A DNA stretch of 64,000 bases from an uncultured Candidatus Binatia bacterium (GTDB lineage: Bacteria > Desulfobacterota > Binatia > Bin18): NCBI GenBank assembly GCA_965203745.1, contig CBDBDK010000001.1, positions 478,180-542,179 on the forward strand. Direction: 5' to 3'. Numbering within the stretch: position 1 is the stretch's first letter; every line of letters starts with the position of its first letter. Shown here piece by piece: positions 12,785-21,930 of this stretch. The notes beneath the pieces are model-generated. The model did not search any database, had not been told where the DNA came from, and saw nothing but the letters and a program-made list of their open reading frames with translations. A program made the position numbers and the translations under genes.

Positions 12785-12876
12785 CGGGCAATTCGGCCCG
12801 GCGTTTGCGGTGTTGCCAAACGGTCCGGGCTCAGGCAAAACGGAGCGTATCTTACGGAAGGAAAAGGAGGTAACGC

Positions 12877-13158
12877 ATGATTTCATTGGTTGCAAAGCTG
12901 ACGGTTCGCGAAGGCAAGGAGCAGGATTTTATTGATGCCATGAAGGATGTTGTCCCGGCCGTGCGTGAAGAGCCCGGCAACAGCGCCTATGTGATGAACC
13001 GTTCAAAAGAAAATCCGAGCATGTTCGTGTTCTACGAAGAGTATACGGACCAGGCCGCTTTCGATGCCCATCGCAAGCATCTGGGTGAACTCGGGGTGGA
13101 TCTGAGGGCCATCCTCGCTGGCGCGCCAGCGCTCGAATTCTATGAGAAGATCTACTAG
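12877..13158 (+). CDS. Antibiotic-biosynthesis-monooxygenase (ABM) family protein
   Basis: 93 aa; LVAKLTVREGKEQDF...FVFYEEYTDQAAFDAHRKH is the ABM ferredoxin-like pattern; AAGGAGG RBS. Confidence 0.7.
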   Translation: MISLVAKLTVREGKEQDFIDAMKDVVPAVREEPGNSAYVMNRSKENPSMFVFYEEYTDQAAFDAHRKHLGELGVDLRAILAGAPALEFYEKIY

Positions 13159-13192
13159 GGTGCATTCCCCGTTGAAGTAGCCTATCTATCGA

Positions 13193-13228
13193 AGAGGGAC
13201 ACGGCATGTCGTGTCCCTCTTTTTGTTT
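13193..13228 (+). terminator. Rho-independent terminator after the ABM gene
   Basis: agagggacacg-gcat-cgtgtccctct stem followed by TTTTGTTT. Confidence 0.6.
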
Positions 13229-13290
13229 GCGCGTATGGGAATGCTTGCGTAGTGTTGAGGTGAAAGACCACACTCAGAACGAGGTCCCTC

Positions 13291-13746
13291 ATGATGCTCG
13301 AAATTGATCCGAAGGCGAAACAAGGCGTCCAGCTCGGTCCGGTGACGGTGACCGCCGAGGATATTCAATCCTTTGCCGAGGCGATGGGCGATCTCAACCC
13401 GCTGTATACGGACGTTGAAACGGCGCGCGCCGCCGGCTACCCGGACGTTATTGCCCCCCCGATGTTTTGTATGCGAATGCGCGGCGGCAGACTGCTACCC
13501 GAGGTTCCGCTCCCGTCTGGATTCATGAGTCTGCACGCGGGACAGGAAATCGAATTTCACGACGAGATTATGGCCGGGCAGACCTATACCATTACCTCGC
13601 GTGTGGCCGATGTGTATGAAAAAACAGGCCGGAGCGGTCCCATGGAGATTATTGTTCGGGAGTCGACGATTACGGATGCCGAGGGGCGAACGATCGTGAC
13701 GATCCGCGAGCGACAAATCGTGCGCTCGCCGGAAAAGAAAATCTAG
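13291..13746 (+). CDS. MaoC-like (hotdog-fold) hydratase subunit, short form
   Basis: 151 aa; FAEAMGDLNPLYTDVETARAAGYPDVIAPPMF is the MaoC dehydratase signature. Confidence 0.7.
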   Translation: MMLEIDPKAKQGVQLGPVTVTAEDIQSFAEAMGDLNPLYTDVETARAAGYPDVIAPPMFCMRMRGGRLLPEVPLPSGFMSLHAGQEIEFHDEIMAGQTYTITSRVADVYEKTGRSGPMEIIVRESTITDAEGRTIVTIRERQIVRSPEKKI

Positions 13747-13757
13747 GTCCAGGACCC

Positions 13758-14732
13758 ATGCGTATCAGTCTGGACCCCTGGGGGGGCGATTACGGTAGCC
13801 AGATTTCGACACCGCAGGCGGTCGATGAAGAACATCCCTCCGCCCAAGTGACCGGTCAGCAGGTTGAGGCTGGTCCGTGGCAGCCCCGAACACCAGCTCC
13901 CGAGCAGATGCCGAACATGACTGCGGTGATTGACGGGGTCATGCGGGTCGATGCGCCTGCGGTCCTGAGTGACGAAGATACACGCTTCCTGGCCCTGTTC
14001 GGATCGTACGCAGCCGGGGCGGTCGTTATTGACCGGCGCGTTGAGATTATCGAGGAACAGCTCGACCGCCTCTTTATTGTTGGCGGGGGGCAATCCGGAC
14101 AGGATGTGCTGGTCGCGGCGGGGACGGGTGGAAAGATTCCCATGCGCTACCGGAGCATGAGCGTATCGGACCTCACCCCGGATTCCTTACGTGAAAGCCT
14201 CTTGACCGCAATGCGACAGGCCGAGGTCGATTTGGCCCGCAAACTGTCCGGGAACGAACGTCTCATCCTTGCGGATGGTAATCTGACCTTTTTAGGAGAT
14301 AGCTCCTCAGTTGTCGGGGTCATCAAGACGATTCAACGTATGTACCTTGCACCCAAAGAGGCAAAAATTCTCGAACAGCTTCAGCCGGGTGAACGCACCC
14401 CGCTGTTCCAATTCTCTGGCAGCAGCAGGCGAAAAAGTTTTGAGGTGTTCACCTGTTATCTGCGTTTGGCGAATCCGCGACCGATCGAGCATCCGTTTAC
14501 CGGACTGGTGCGCTTAGAAGTGAAGCTTGGTCTTGGTATTCAGCAGGCGGTCAGACTGTTAGATCAAGCCGCACATGCTGTTTCGGCGCTGGCTTCCCGT
14601 GCGCCAAAAGACCCCCGCGCTCCCCAAAATTTGATTCCCATCGGCGGACTGGAGCGCCGGCTGCGGCACCGCCTGGGTGACCCCAAGCTGGTCCGGCGGT
14701 GTATTGAGAAGGCCCTCCTGAACCAGGTATAG
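13758..14732 (+). CDS. nurA: NurA-like nuclease
   Basis: 324 aa, immediately upstream of herA. Contains an AVIDG motif near residue 58 and a LILADGNL motif, which resemble the two catalytic Asp motifs of NurA (IDGS / DGSL). The assignment rests on these motifs plus gene context only. Confidence 0.5.
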   Translation: MRISLDPWGGDYGSQISTPQAVDEEHPSAQVTGQQVEAGPWQPRTPAPEQMPNMTAVIDGVMRVDAPAVLSDEDTRFLALFGSYAAGAVVIDRRVEIIEEQLDRLFIVGGGQSGQDVLVAAGTGGKIPMRYRSMSVSDLTPDSLRESLLTAMRQAEVDLARKLSGNERLILADGNLTFLGDSSSVVGVIKTIQRMYLAPKEAKILEQLQPGERTPLFQFSGSSRRKSFEVFTCYLRLANPRPIEHPFTGLVRLEVKLGLGIQQAVRLLDQAAHAVSALASRAPKDPRAPQNLIPIGGLERRLRHRLGDPKLVRRCIEKALLNQV

Positions 14733-14752
14733 CCAAACGGAAAGGAGAACGC

Positions 14753-16447
14753 ATGGGGAGAGTAATCGGCACGCAAGATGCCACCCCGCTCGAATTCTGG
14801 GTATGGCTCGAAGAAGGCGAACCAATCCAGGTTGATGATGCCATCGTGGTCGAGACCGACTCGCCAAACGGACCCCTGAAATTATTCGGCATGGTCGATA
14901 TCGTCCGGGCCCGCCATCAGGGCTCGACGTTTGACTCCGACGTGGTTGAGGCGGAACGCGGTCTGCCCGTTGAACTCTCCATCGCCGCGCACGTCAAAGT
15001 GACCCGTTTGATACCGGAGTATTATTATCCGCCGATGCCGGGCGACCCGGTCCGTACGGTCGAGGATGAAGAGTTCGCGCAAGCCCTGTTCATGGACAAG
15101 ATGGAGCGCAAGTTTCCGATTGGCCTGTCCCTGTCCGGCAAGGAAGTCGTATACGGCAACCTCGATTTTTTGAATGGTCGCAAGGGCGCGCATATGAATA
15201 TCAGTGGCGTGTCCGGCATTGCCACCAAAACGACCTACTCCACCTTTCTGCTCCACAGTCTGCTGCACTGCGGGCATCTGACCGACGCGAAGAACACCCA
15301 CGCCATTATCTTCAACGTCAAAGGCGAAGACCTGCTGTTCCTGGACAAGGCCAGTAACGTTATGGACGTTGAAAACGAAGCCCTCTACGCCCAACTGGGC
15401 CTGCCGGCGGAGCCGTTTGATTCGGTTCAATTCTATGTCCCGCCCACGGAAAGCGCGCGTGGACCGATCATGCCCAAGGTCAGCTCCCGCAAGGCGGATG
15501 AGGTCACGCCCTATTTTTGGACGGTTCGGGATTTCTGCCGTCAGCGCTTGCTGCGCTATCTGTTTTCTGAAGGCGGGGAAGACGCCTCCCTGCTGTCAGC
15601 CCTGACCTATCAGGTTGAACGCAAACTCCTTGAAGCAGCCGAAGACGCCGAGAAAGACGGTCCGGGTCCGGGTGTGTTGCTCCCCTTGGGAGAGGACTTG
15701 GCAGAGGACGACAGTTCAGCCCCTCCGACCGAGGTTCGCGATTTTCCGACTCTCCTCCGAGCGATGGAGGCCCTTGCCAGTGCGACCAACCATTCGCCAG
15801 GCACGGTCGGCGCGTTCATGCGCCGTCTGTACAGCGCCGAAGACAAGGTCTCGTATCTTATCCGCGACCCCGCGGATTCCGACGCGGCCCGGCACGCGAT
15901 CAACTGGCGCAACAGGCAGGTGACCGTGGTCAGCCTGAGCGGACTGTACGAGGTGGGCAAGAGTTTTGTGGTGGGCTCCGTGCTGCAACAGATTCAGGAA
16001 GAAAAAGAAGCAACCGGGTCAGCGGAACCCTTGTGTTTTATCGTTGTGGACGAGCTGAACCGCTACGCGCCCCGTGACGGCTGGTCTCCGATTCGAGAGC
16101 GGCTGCTTGAGATTGCCGAGCGGGGGCGGTCCAGCGGCACGATTCTGATCGGTGCGCAGCAAACCGCGTCCGAGGTGGAGCGGCGGATTGTTGCCAACCC
16201 TGCCTTTCGGATCGTTGGTCGGCTGGATGCCGCCGAAGCCGAACGTGCCGAATATGGTTTTCTACCGCCAACCCTGCGCAAACGGGCCGCGATTTTAACG
16301 TCAGGGCGGATGATCGTGTCGCAACCCGACATTCCCACTCCGGTCCCGATTCTATTCCCCATGCCGGCCTGGGCGACCCGGGCGGACGAACAGAAATTGC
16401 CGCCACCTGCTTTGAAGCTGTCCCGAGTCCGAGAAAGCGAGTATTAA
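14753..16447 (+). CDS. herA: HerA-family (FtsK/VirB4-like) hexameric ATPase-helicase
   Basis: N-terminal HAS-barrel-like TPLEFWVWLEEGEPIQVDDAIVVE; P-loop region NISGVSGIATKTT; Walker B CFIVVDELNRYAP; HerA-type ILIGAQQTASEV...NPAFRIVGRL block; GGAGA RBS. Confidence 0.8.
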   Translation: MGRVIGTQDATPLEFWVWLEEGEPIQVDDAIVVETDSPNGPLKLFGMVDIVRARHQGSTFDSDVVEAERGLPVELSIAAHVKVTRLIPEYYYPPMPGDPVRTVEDEEFAQALFMDKMERKFPIGLSLSGKEVVYGNLDFLNGRKGAHMNISGVSGIATKTTYSTFLLHSLLHCGHLTDAKNTHAIIFNVKGEDLLFLDKASNVMDVENEALYAQLGLPAEPFDSVQFYVPPTESARGPIMPKVSSRKADEVTPYFWTVRDFCRQRLLRYLFSEGGEDASLLSALTYQVERKLLEAAEDAEKDGPGPGVLLPLGEDLAEDDSSAPPTEVRDFPTLLRAMEALASATNHSPGTVGAFMRRLYSAEDKVSYLIRDPADSDAARHAINWRNRQVTVVSLSGLYEVGKSFVVGSVLQQIQEEKEATGSAEPLCFIVVDELNRYAPRDGWSPIRERLLEIAERGRSSGTILIGAQQTASEVERRIVANPAFRIVGRLDAAEAERAEYGFLPPTLRKRAAILTSGRMIVSQPDIPTPVPILFPMPAWATRADEQKLPPPALKLSRVRESEY

Positions 16448-16457
16448 GGATACGGGT

Positions 16458-17636
16458 ATGAGGTTCCTCCACACCTCGGACTGGCACGTAGGCCGAACTA
16501 TCCGCAATCGCTCGCGGATGGATGAGCACCGGGCGGTGTTTGCCGAGATTATTGATATCGCTAAGCGCGAGCACATTGATGCCGTCCTGGTGACCGGTGA
16601 CGTCTTTCACGAACGGCGTCCGCCGCTGGCTGCCGAGGAACTGGTGGCGCACACCCTGGCGCAGCTCGCCCGCGATAATATCGTCTCTGTTGTTATTCCC
16701 GGTAACCACGATGACGCCGCCCGCCTGCGCACCCTGAAACCGCTGGGTGATTTGCTTCACGTGCATATGATGACGGACATGAGTGAAACCCCGTCGGACC
16801 TCATTGTCTCCATTCCCCAGCGAACCGGAGGAGAGCGGGCGCTGGTGAGTTGTCTGCCCTATCTGCACCCCCACCGGGTGCTGACGGCGGCCGAAGGAAC
16901 CGACAAAAGCGAGAACGAACGTCTGAGTGTGTACCAGAGCATGGTGCAGGACTATCTGCGCGCCCTGGAGGAAGCGACGCTGCAAATGGACCCCAACGCG
17001 GTGTCCATCCTGCTCGCCCACGCCCATGTTTCCGGGACGGAGTTTGGAGGGGGTGAATGGCGCTCAAGCGTCTTTCCTGTTGATCCTGGCATCTTCCCCG
17101 GTCAGGTACATTATGTGGCCCTGGGGCATATGCATCAGCCCCAAAAGGTGGGCGGGACACGGGCGCAGGCACGCTATGCCGGATCGATCCTGCAAATGGA
17201 CTTTGGCGAGCGGGGCCAGGACAAAAGCGTCTGCCTCATTGAGGCCCATCCGGGGAAACCGGCGGAAGTCTCGCCCATTGCGCTGACTGCAGGGAAATCG
17301 CTGCTACGCCGGACGGGAACCGCCGAAGAAATACTGTCGCAGGCAGAAGAGTTCACCAATGCGTGGGTTGAGGTCGTCTTAAAGCCGGAGGGCCAAACGT
17401 CTGAGCTGATCGAGCAAATTCGGACGCTGCCGGGCGTAGTCTCGTTCCGGTTTGAAGAAATGTCGGCCAGCGATTCCGTCGACGAAACGATCCACAATCC
17501 GAAGGAGCGACCCGCAGCGGAACTTTTCACCGACTATTACAAGTCAAAACGCGGCGCAGAGCCCGAGCCTCAACTTGTAGCCCTGTTTGAGCGGCTGTAT
17601 CAGGAGGTCAGCACCGCGCGGGACGAGCCAGCATAA
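16458..17636 (+). CDS. sbcD: Mre11/SbcD-type DNA repair nuclease (calcineurin-like phosphoesterase)
   Basis: MRFLHTSDWHVG (motif I), TGDVFH (motif II), GNHD (motif III), LAHAHV and GHMH histidine motifs. Confidence 0.9.
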   Translation: MRFLHTSDWHVGRTIRNRSRMDEHRAVFAEIIDIAKREHIDAVLVTGDVFHERRPPLAAEELVAHTLAQLARDNIVSVVIPGNHDDAARLRTLKPLGDLLHVHMMTDMSETPSDLIVSIPQRTGGERALVSCLPYLHPHRVLTAAEGTDKSENERLSVYQSMVQDYLRALEEATLQMDPNAVSILLAHAHVSGTEFGGGEWRSSVFPVDPGIFPGQVHYVALGHMHQPQKVGGTRAQARYAGSILQMDFGERGQDKSVCLIEAHPGKPAEVSPIALTAGKSLLRRTGTAEEILSQAEEFTNAWVEVVLKPEGQTSELIEQIRTLPGVVSFRFEEMSASDSVDETIHNPKERPAAELFTDYYKSKRGAEPEPQLVALFERLYQEVSTARDEPA

Positions 17637-17683
17637 ATAAATGCCAACCCCCAACCCCGAATCCCCAGTCCCCCACTAAAGCC

Positions 17684-20600
17684 ATGCGTCCACAAAAACT
17701 CAGCCTCAAAAATTTCATGCCCTTTCGGGTGACGGGAGATCTGGTCCACGAAGTTGACTTTTCGCAACTCGATCTGTTTTCGATCACCGGCCCGATGGCC
17801 AGCGGCAAGTCCGCACTCATCGATGCCATGGTCTGGTGCCTGTATGGCCGCACCGCACGCTACGGGGCGGATTCAAAAGGCGTGATCTCGACCGGTGAGC
17901 AGACGTGTGAGGTTGCGCTCGACTTTACGCTTGGGCCGCGTTGGTTTCGGGCAGTAAGACGAACGGGGAAGATCACGGACTCCGGTCTCAGCGAAAGCGA
18001 AGGGGAAGAGTGGATACAGGATGTATCCGGGTCCGCGCGGCTCACCGGTCGGATCGAAGAGCTCCTAGGCCTCGATTTTGACAGCTTCACCAAAACAGTT
18101 ATCCTCCCCCAAGGCCGGTATGCCGAATTTCTCACCAGCGAGCCAAAAAAACGGCGCGAATTGCTGGCGAAGATCCTGGAGCTTGGCGTGTACTCCCGGG
18201 TGGCCGACCAGGCCAAGCTTGTAGCCGATCGGGAAAAAACTCGGGCAGAAACGCTACGTGAAACTCTGGCCCAATACGCCGGTCTGAGTCAGGAGCATAT
18301 TGCTCTTCAGAAAGACGAACTTTCCAAGCTCAGCCAACGCATTGAACAGGTTTCTCAGGAGGAGCAATGCTTACGCAATGTGGCTCAACACGTCGACCAA
18401 ATATCGGGCTTACGAAGTCGTGTGACCGAGCTGCAAACTGAGGTGCAGACGCGCACTCAGGAGAAAGAGCTAGCGCAAAGGAAAGCTGATAAGGCGACCG
18501 CCCTGGTTACCAGCCTGACAGATGAATTGGAAAAGGTTGGTCAGGAGCGAGAAGCGTTAGGATACGACACGGCGAGGCACGAGGTTGTCAAACGGGCTTC
18601 TGAACATCTTGCGGCCTGGATGGCTGCTCAAACGGAAGCCGAGCGGAAAAAGACTGAACGGGCCGCTGTCCAGGGAGAAGTTGACACCCTTGTACAACAG
18701 ATCAAATCCCACACGCGGCAGGTCGAGCAGGCTCAGTCTCAACATCAGGACTACGCCATTAGGTTTGAGCAGCTTGTTGTCGAAGCCGGTGACGTGACCA
18801 CACTGACGGAAAAGCTCGGCGCAGCAAAACGCTGGAAAGAGCTGCAACAGGAACAGCGGCAACTGGCCTCTCGGATAGAAGACCTACGCCAGAACCACAC
18901 CGCTATCCAACACCGTCTGGACGACCTGAAGCGGCAAGATGTAAGCTGCGAGCAGACCGTTCGAGAACTGAAAGACAAGTTCGAAAGAACAAAAGAAGAC
19001 GAACGGCAGAAACGCCAACTGATCGATGAAGCCGAACGTCTGGACCGAGAACTGCACGAGGCGACTGAGGCGGAAGAGCGAGTCAGGGCCGAACTTGAGG
19101 CTACCCGTACTACGCTCATCCAAGCGGAACATACAGCCCAGCAGGTTCATCAGGCGCTCGTCCAATCCGAAGAACAGGAGCAAGCGGCCCGCACCGCGCT
19201 TGAAGACAACCAACGCAGGCACGAAGCCGCCCACCTGCGGGCCACGCTTCACATTGGCGATACCTGCCCCGTGTGTCAGGCAACCGTCAACGAAATTCCT
19301 GCGGCTCAAGAAGCAGGGGAGGATTTGAAGGAACTCCAGGCTCAAATGGAGCGGGTCACACAGGTCGCCCAACAAAGACGCACGGCAGCGCAAGAAGCAG
19401 ACACCACGGTTGCCACATGCAGGGCGCGGCTTGATGCTGCGGAGCAAGGGCTAAAGGAACGTGAACGCCTCAGGCAGGAAGTCCAAGACCAATTCGGGCT
19501 ACGTTTCCCCGGCTATGCGTCTCCTCCTGAAGCCCTTCAGTCTGTACAGGTCCAGCACGGAGAACTGAGCGCAGCGCTCAAAGACCTGGAAGCTCAGGTC
19601 ATATCCGCCGAGCAGGAAAAAGCGAGGCTGTCAGGCCAACGCGAAGCCGCACAACAAGAAGAGGCAACGCTCACTGAAGCGCTGCGTGGGACAACTGAAA
19701 GGCTAGAGGCTGATATCCGCGAGTTAGATGTGCTCGGACGTGAGATTGCTGCGTTTCTCGCTACTAATGGTGACCCTGAGCAGAGTGTGGCACAACGCCG
19801 GACTACGGTGATGCGGGCTGAGCAACAAATGAAGGAGGCGGAGAGAGCCTTGCGTCAACTCGATTCGACGCTCAACTCACTGAAAACAACCCAGGTCCAG
19901 AAAGATGGCGACCTCAAATTGCTTACCGCTGAGTACGAGGGTACGTTGCTCAGAGCCGAGCGCGAAGCGCAGGCCGTACGTACCTGCCTTGGTCTGGCGG
20001 AAGACGCGGTGCTGCCGCAGACCGAAGACGTAGAAAGTGAACTCAAAGCGCTGTCAGACAAGCAAACCCGGCATGCAGATTTGTTACATCGCGAAGAAAA
20101 CGCACGGGCGAGGCGAGAACAGGCCGGACGCCAGGCCACCGCATCACAGGCCGACCTTCAGGCCCGAACGCAAATGTTGGAAGAGTCACACAAGAAGCGG
20201 CAACAGGTGTCCGACACGCTGGCAGAGGAGTGGGAAAAGCTTCGTGGGCTGATCGAGCAACACAACCTCACTGACGCCGGAGAGGATGGAGAGCAGATCA
20301 AGCCCCAACTTGAAACGGTTCGGGGACAGATGATGTCTCTCCAAGAACAACGTGGACGTTTAGAGGCGGAACATGCCGAAGCTGAACGTCGTTGGCAGGA
20401 GAAAGAGCAAGAAGAAGAAAAGCTGCACGCCGCACAGAGTGAAGCACGTCTGGCCTCGGACCTGCGTAAGCTCCTGGGTTCGGAATTTACCGATTTCTTG
20501 TCGCGGGGAGCCATAGAGGCTCTGATGCGTGACGCGTCCGCTCACCTGCAACGCCTCACCCACGGGCGATATGTGTTTGATATTGCGTATCGGGGGCGGG

Positions 20601-20965
20601 CGATCACACTCCAAATTGTCGACCACGAGGATCAGCGCCGCGCCCGGCCCACCCATTCGCTGTCGGGCGGAGAAACGTTTTTAGCCTCGCTCGCTATTGC
20701 ACTCGCTCTGTCGCAAGGGTTTCGGACCGTGGCGACCGGCCGGGCGGCCCAGACCTCGACCGAATGCCTGATTCTGGATGAAGGCTTCGGGACGCTGGAC
20801 CGAGAAGGGGTGCAGATGGTCACGGAGACCCTGCAAGAGTTGCGGGGCGAAGACGGCCGGATGGTAGGCATTATTACCCATGTCGAAGAAGTCGCTGCGG
20901 CTATGCCCATGCGCATAGAAGTGCGCAAAGGTGGCAGGACGAGCGAGATTACGGTATCAGGCTAA
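17684..20965 (+). CDS. sbcC: Rad50/SbcC-type SMC-like ATPase
   Basis: 1093 aa; N-terminal Walker A GPMASGKSALIDAM; very long Glu/Gln/Arg-rich coiled coil; central zinc-hook CPVC (nt 19264-19275); C-terminal signature SLSGGETFLASLAIALAL and Walker B CLILDEGFGTLD. Confidence 0.9.
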   Translation: MRPQKLSLKNFMPFRVTGDLVHEVDFSQLDLFSITGPMASGKSALIDAMVWCLYGRTARYGADSKGVISTGEQTCEVALDFTLGPRWFRAVRRTGKITDSGLSESEGEEWIQDVSGSARLTGRIEELLGLDFDSFTKTVILPQGRYAEFLTSEPKKRRELLAKILELGVYSRVADQAKLVADREKTRAETLRETLAQYAGLSQEHIALQKDELSKLSQRIEQVSQEEQCLRNVAQHVDQISGLRSRVTELQTEVQTRTQEKELAQRKADKATALVTSLTDELEKVGQEREALGYDTARHEVVKRASEHLAAWMAAQTEAERKKTERAAVQGEVDTLVQQIKSHTRQVEQAQSQHQDYAIRFEQLVVEAGDVTTLTEKLGAAKRWKELQQEQRQLASRIEDLRQNHTAIQHRLDDLKRQDVSCEQTVRELKDKFERTKEDERQKRQLIDEAERLDRELHEATEAEERVRAELEATRTTLIQAEHTAQQVHQALVQSEEQEQAARTALEDNQRRHEAAHLRATLHIGDTCPVCQATVNEIPAAQEAGEDLKELQAQMERVTQVAQQRRTAAQEADTTVATCRARLDAAEQGLKERERLRQEVQDQFGLRFPGYASPPEALQSVQVQHGELSAALKDLEAQVISAEQEKARLSGQREAAQQEEATLTEALRGTTERLEADIRELDVLGREIAAFLATNGDPEQSVAQRRTTVMRAEQQMKEAERALRQLDSTLNSLKTTQVQKDGDLKLLTAEYEGTLLRAEREAQAVRTCLGLAEDAVLPQTEDVESELKALSDKQTRHADLLHREENARARREQAGRQATASQADLQARTQMLEESHKKRQQVSDTLAEEWEKLRGLIEQHNLTDAGEDGEQIKPQLETVRGQMMSLQEQRGRLEAEHAEAERRWQEKEQEEEKLHAAQSEARLASDLRKLLGSEFTDFLSRGAIEALMRDASAHLQRLTHGRYVFDIAYRGRAITLQIVDHEDQRRARPTHSLSGGETFLASLAIALALSQGFRTVATGRAAQTSTECLILDEGFGTLDREGVQMVTETLQELRGEDGRMVGIITHVEEVAAAMPMRIEVRKGGRTSEITVSG

Positions 20966-21005
20966 GGCATTCACTCTCTGGAAGAGACCGTTAAGGAGGA
21001 GGGTC

Positions 21006-21875
21006 ATGGCACTGCATTCAACAACGGTTGGTTCTGCTGGACAACCTTTTGTCAGCGAAATCGATGCGCGTTGGGTCATGTCGTACGCGGCCGGACTCGA
21101 CGACTATTTACCCTGTTATATGGACACCTGCCGACCGGACGGGATCGTTGCTCACCCGCTCTTTCCGGTCTGTATTGAGTGGCCAGTCATGCTCGCCATG
21201 CGAGACAGTGCCCTGAAACGGGAAGAGGCTCTGCGGGGTGTCCATGCCACACACGATCTGGTGATTCACCGTCTTATCCGGGCGGGCGAAAAGCTGACAA
21301 CGCAGGCAACGGTGGCCGGCGTTGAACAGCGCAAGCCGGGGGCCTACCAGACTGTCCGTTTTGATACCCGGGACGCCGATGGCCAGCCGGTCTGTTCGAC
21401 CTGGTATGGAACGCTCTTTCGTGGGGTTGACGTCGAGGGGGAAGATAGCCCGGTCTCCGACCTGCCAACTCCATTGGAGCCGCTCGATACGGCGACCGGG
21501 GCGAAGGCGGAAATCCCGGTGGCGATTTCGGCCGGAGCGGCTCATGTCTATACCGAGTGTGCGCGCATCTGGAACCCGATCCATACCGACCCGGCGGTGG
21601 CCGAGCAGTACGGGTTGCCTGGGCTGATCCTGCACGGAACGGCTACGTTGGCGCATGGCATCTCCTGTGTCATTGCTCAGGAAACCGACGGTCACCCGGA
21701 ACGGGTCAAACGGGTAAGTGGGCGCTTTGGCGCCATGGTGTTCATGCCCTCACGCCTGACCGTTCGGATCGTATCGAGAGAAGCGAGCGCGGAGGGCGAC
21801 GTGGTGCGGTTTGAGATACGGACTGAAGAGGGCAAACCTGCGGTGCGGGACGGGGCCCTTGTTCTGGGTCAATAA
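21006..21875 (+). CDS. MaoC-like double-hotdog hydratase/dehydratase
   Basis: 289 aa from the ATG at 21006, with a GGAGGAGGG RBS. C-terminal hotdog motif YTECARIWNPIHTDPAVAEQYGLPGLILHGTATLA. Confidence 0.7.
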   Translation: MALHSTTVGSAGQPFVSEIDARWVMSYAAGLDDYLPCYMDTCRPDGIVAHPLFPVCIEWPVMLAMRDSALKREEALRGVHATHDLVIHRLIRAGEKLTTQATVAGVEQRKPGAYQTVRFDTRDADGQPVCSTWYGTLFRGVDVEGEDSPVSDLPTPLEPLDTATGAKAEIPVAISAGAAHVYTECARIWNPIHTDPAVAEQYGLPGLILHGTATLAHGISCVIAQETDGHPERVKRVSGRFGAMVFMPSRLTVRIVSREASAEGDVVRFEIRTEEGKPAVRDGALVLGQ

Positions 21876-21930
21876 GAGTTCTGGGTCAATAAGAGTTCAG
21901 CCAATAAGGACACGAAATAAGGAGAGGTGT

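Noticed and set aside
17684-20965. Reading the SMC-like protein as a Wadjet/Lamassu/Gabija-type defence ATPase
   Set aside because: The central CPVC zinc hook and the adjacent Mre11/SbcD phosphoesterase identify it as a bona fide Rad50/SbcC. The defence-role possibility is kept only as an alternative hypothesis for the whole block.
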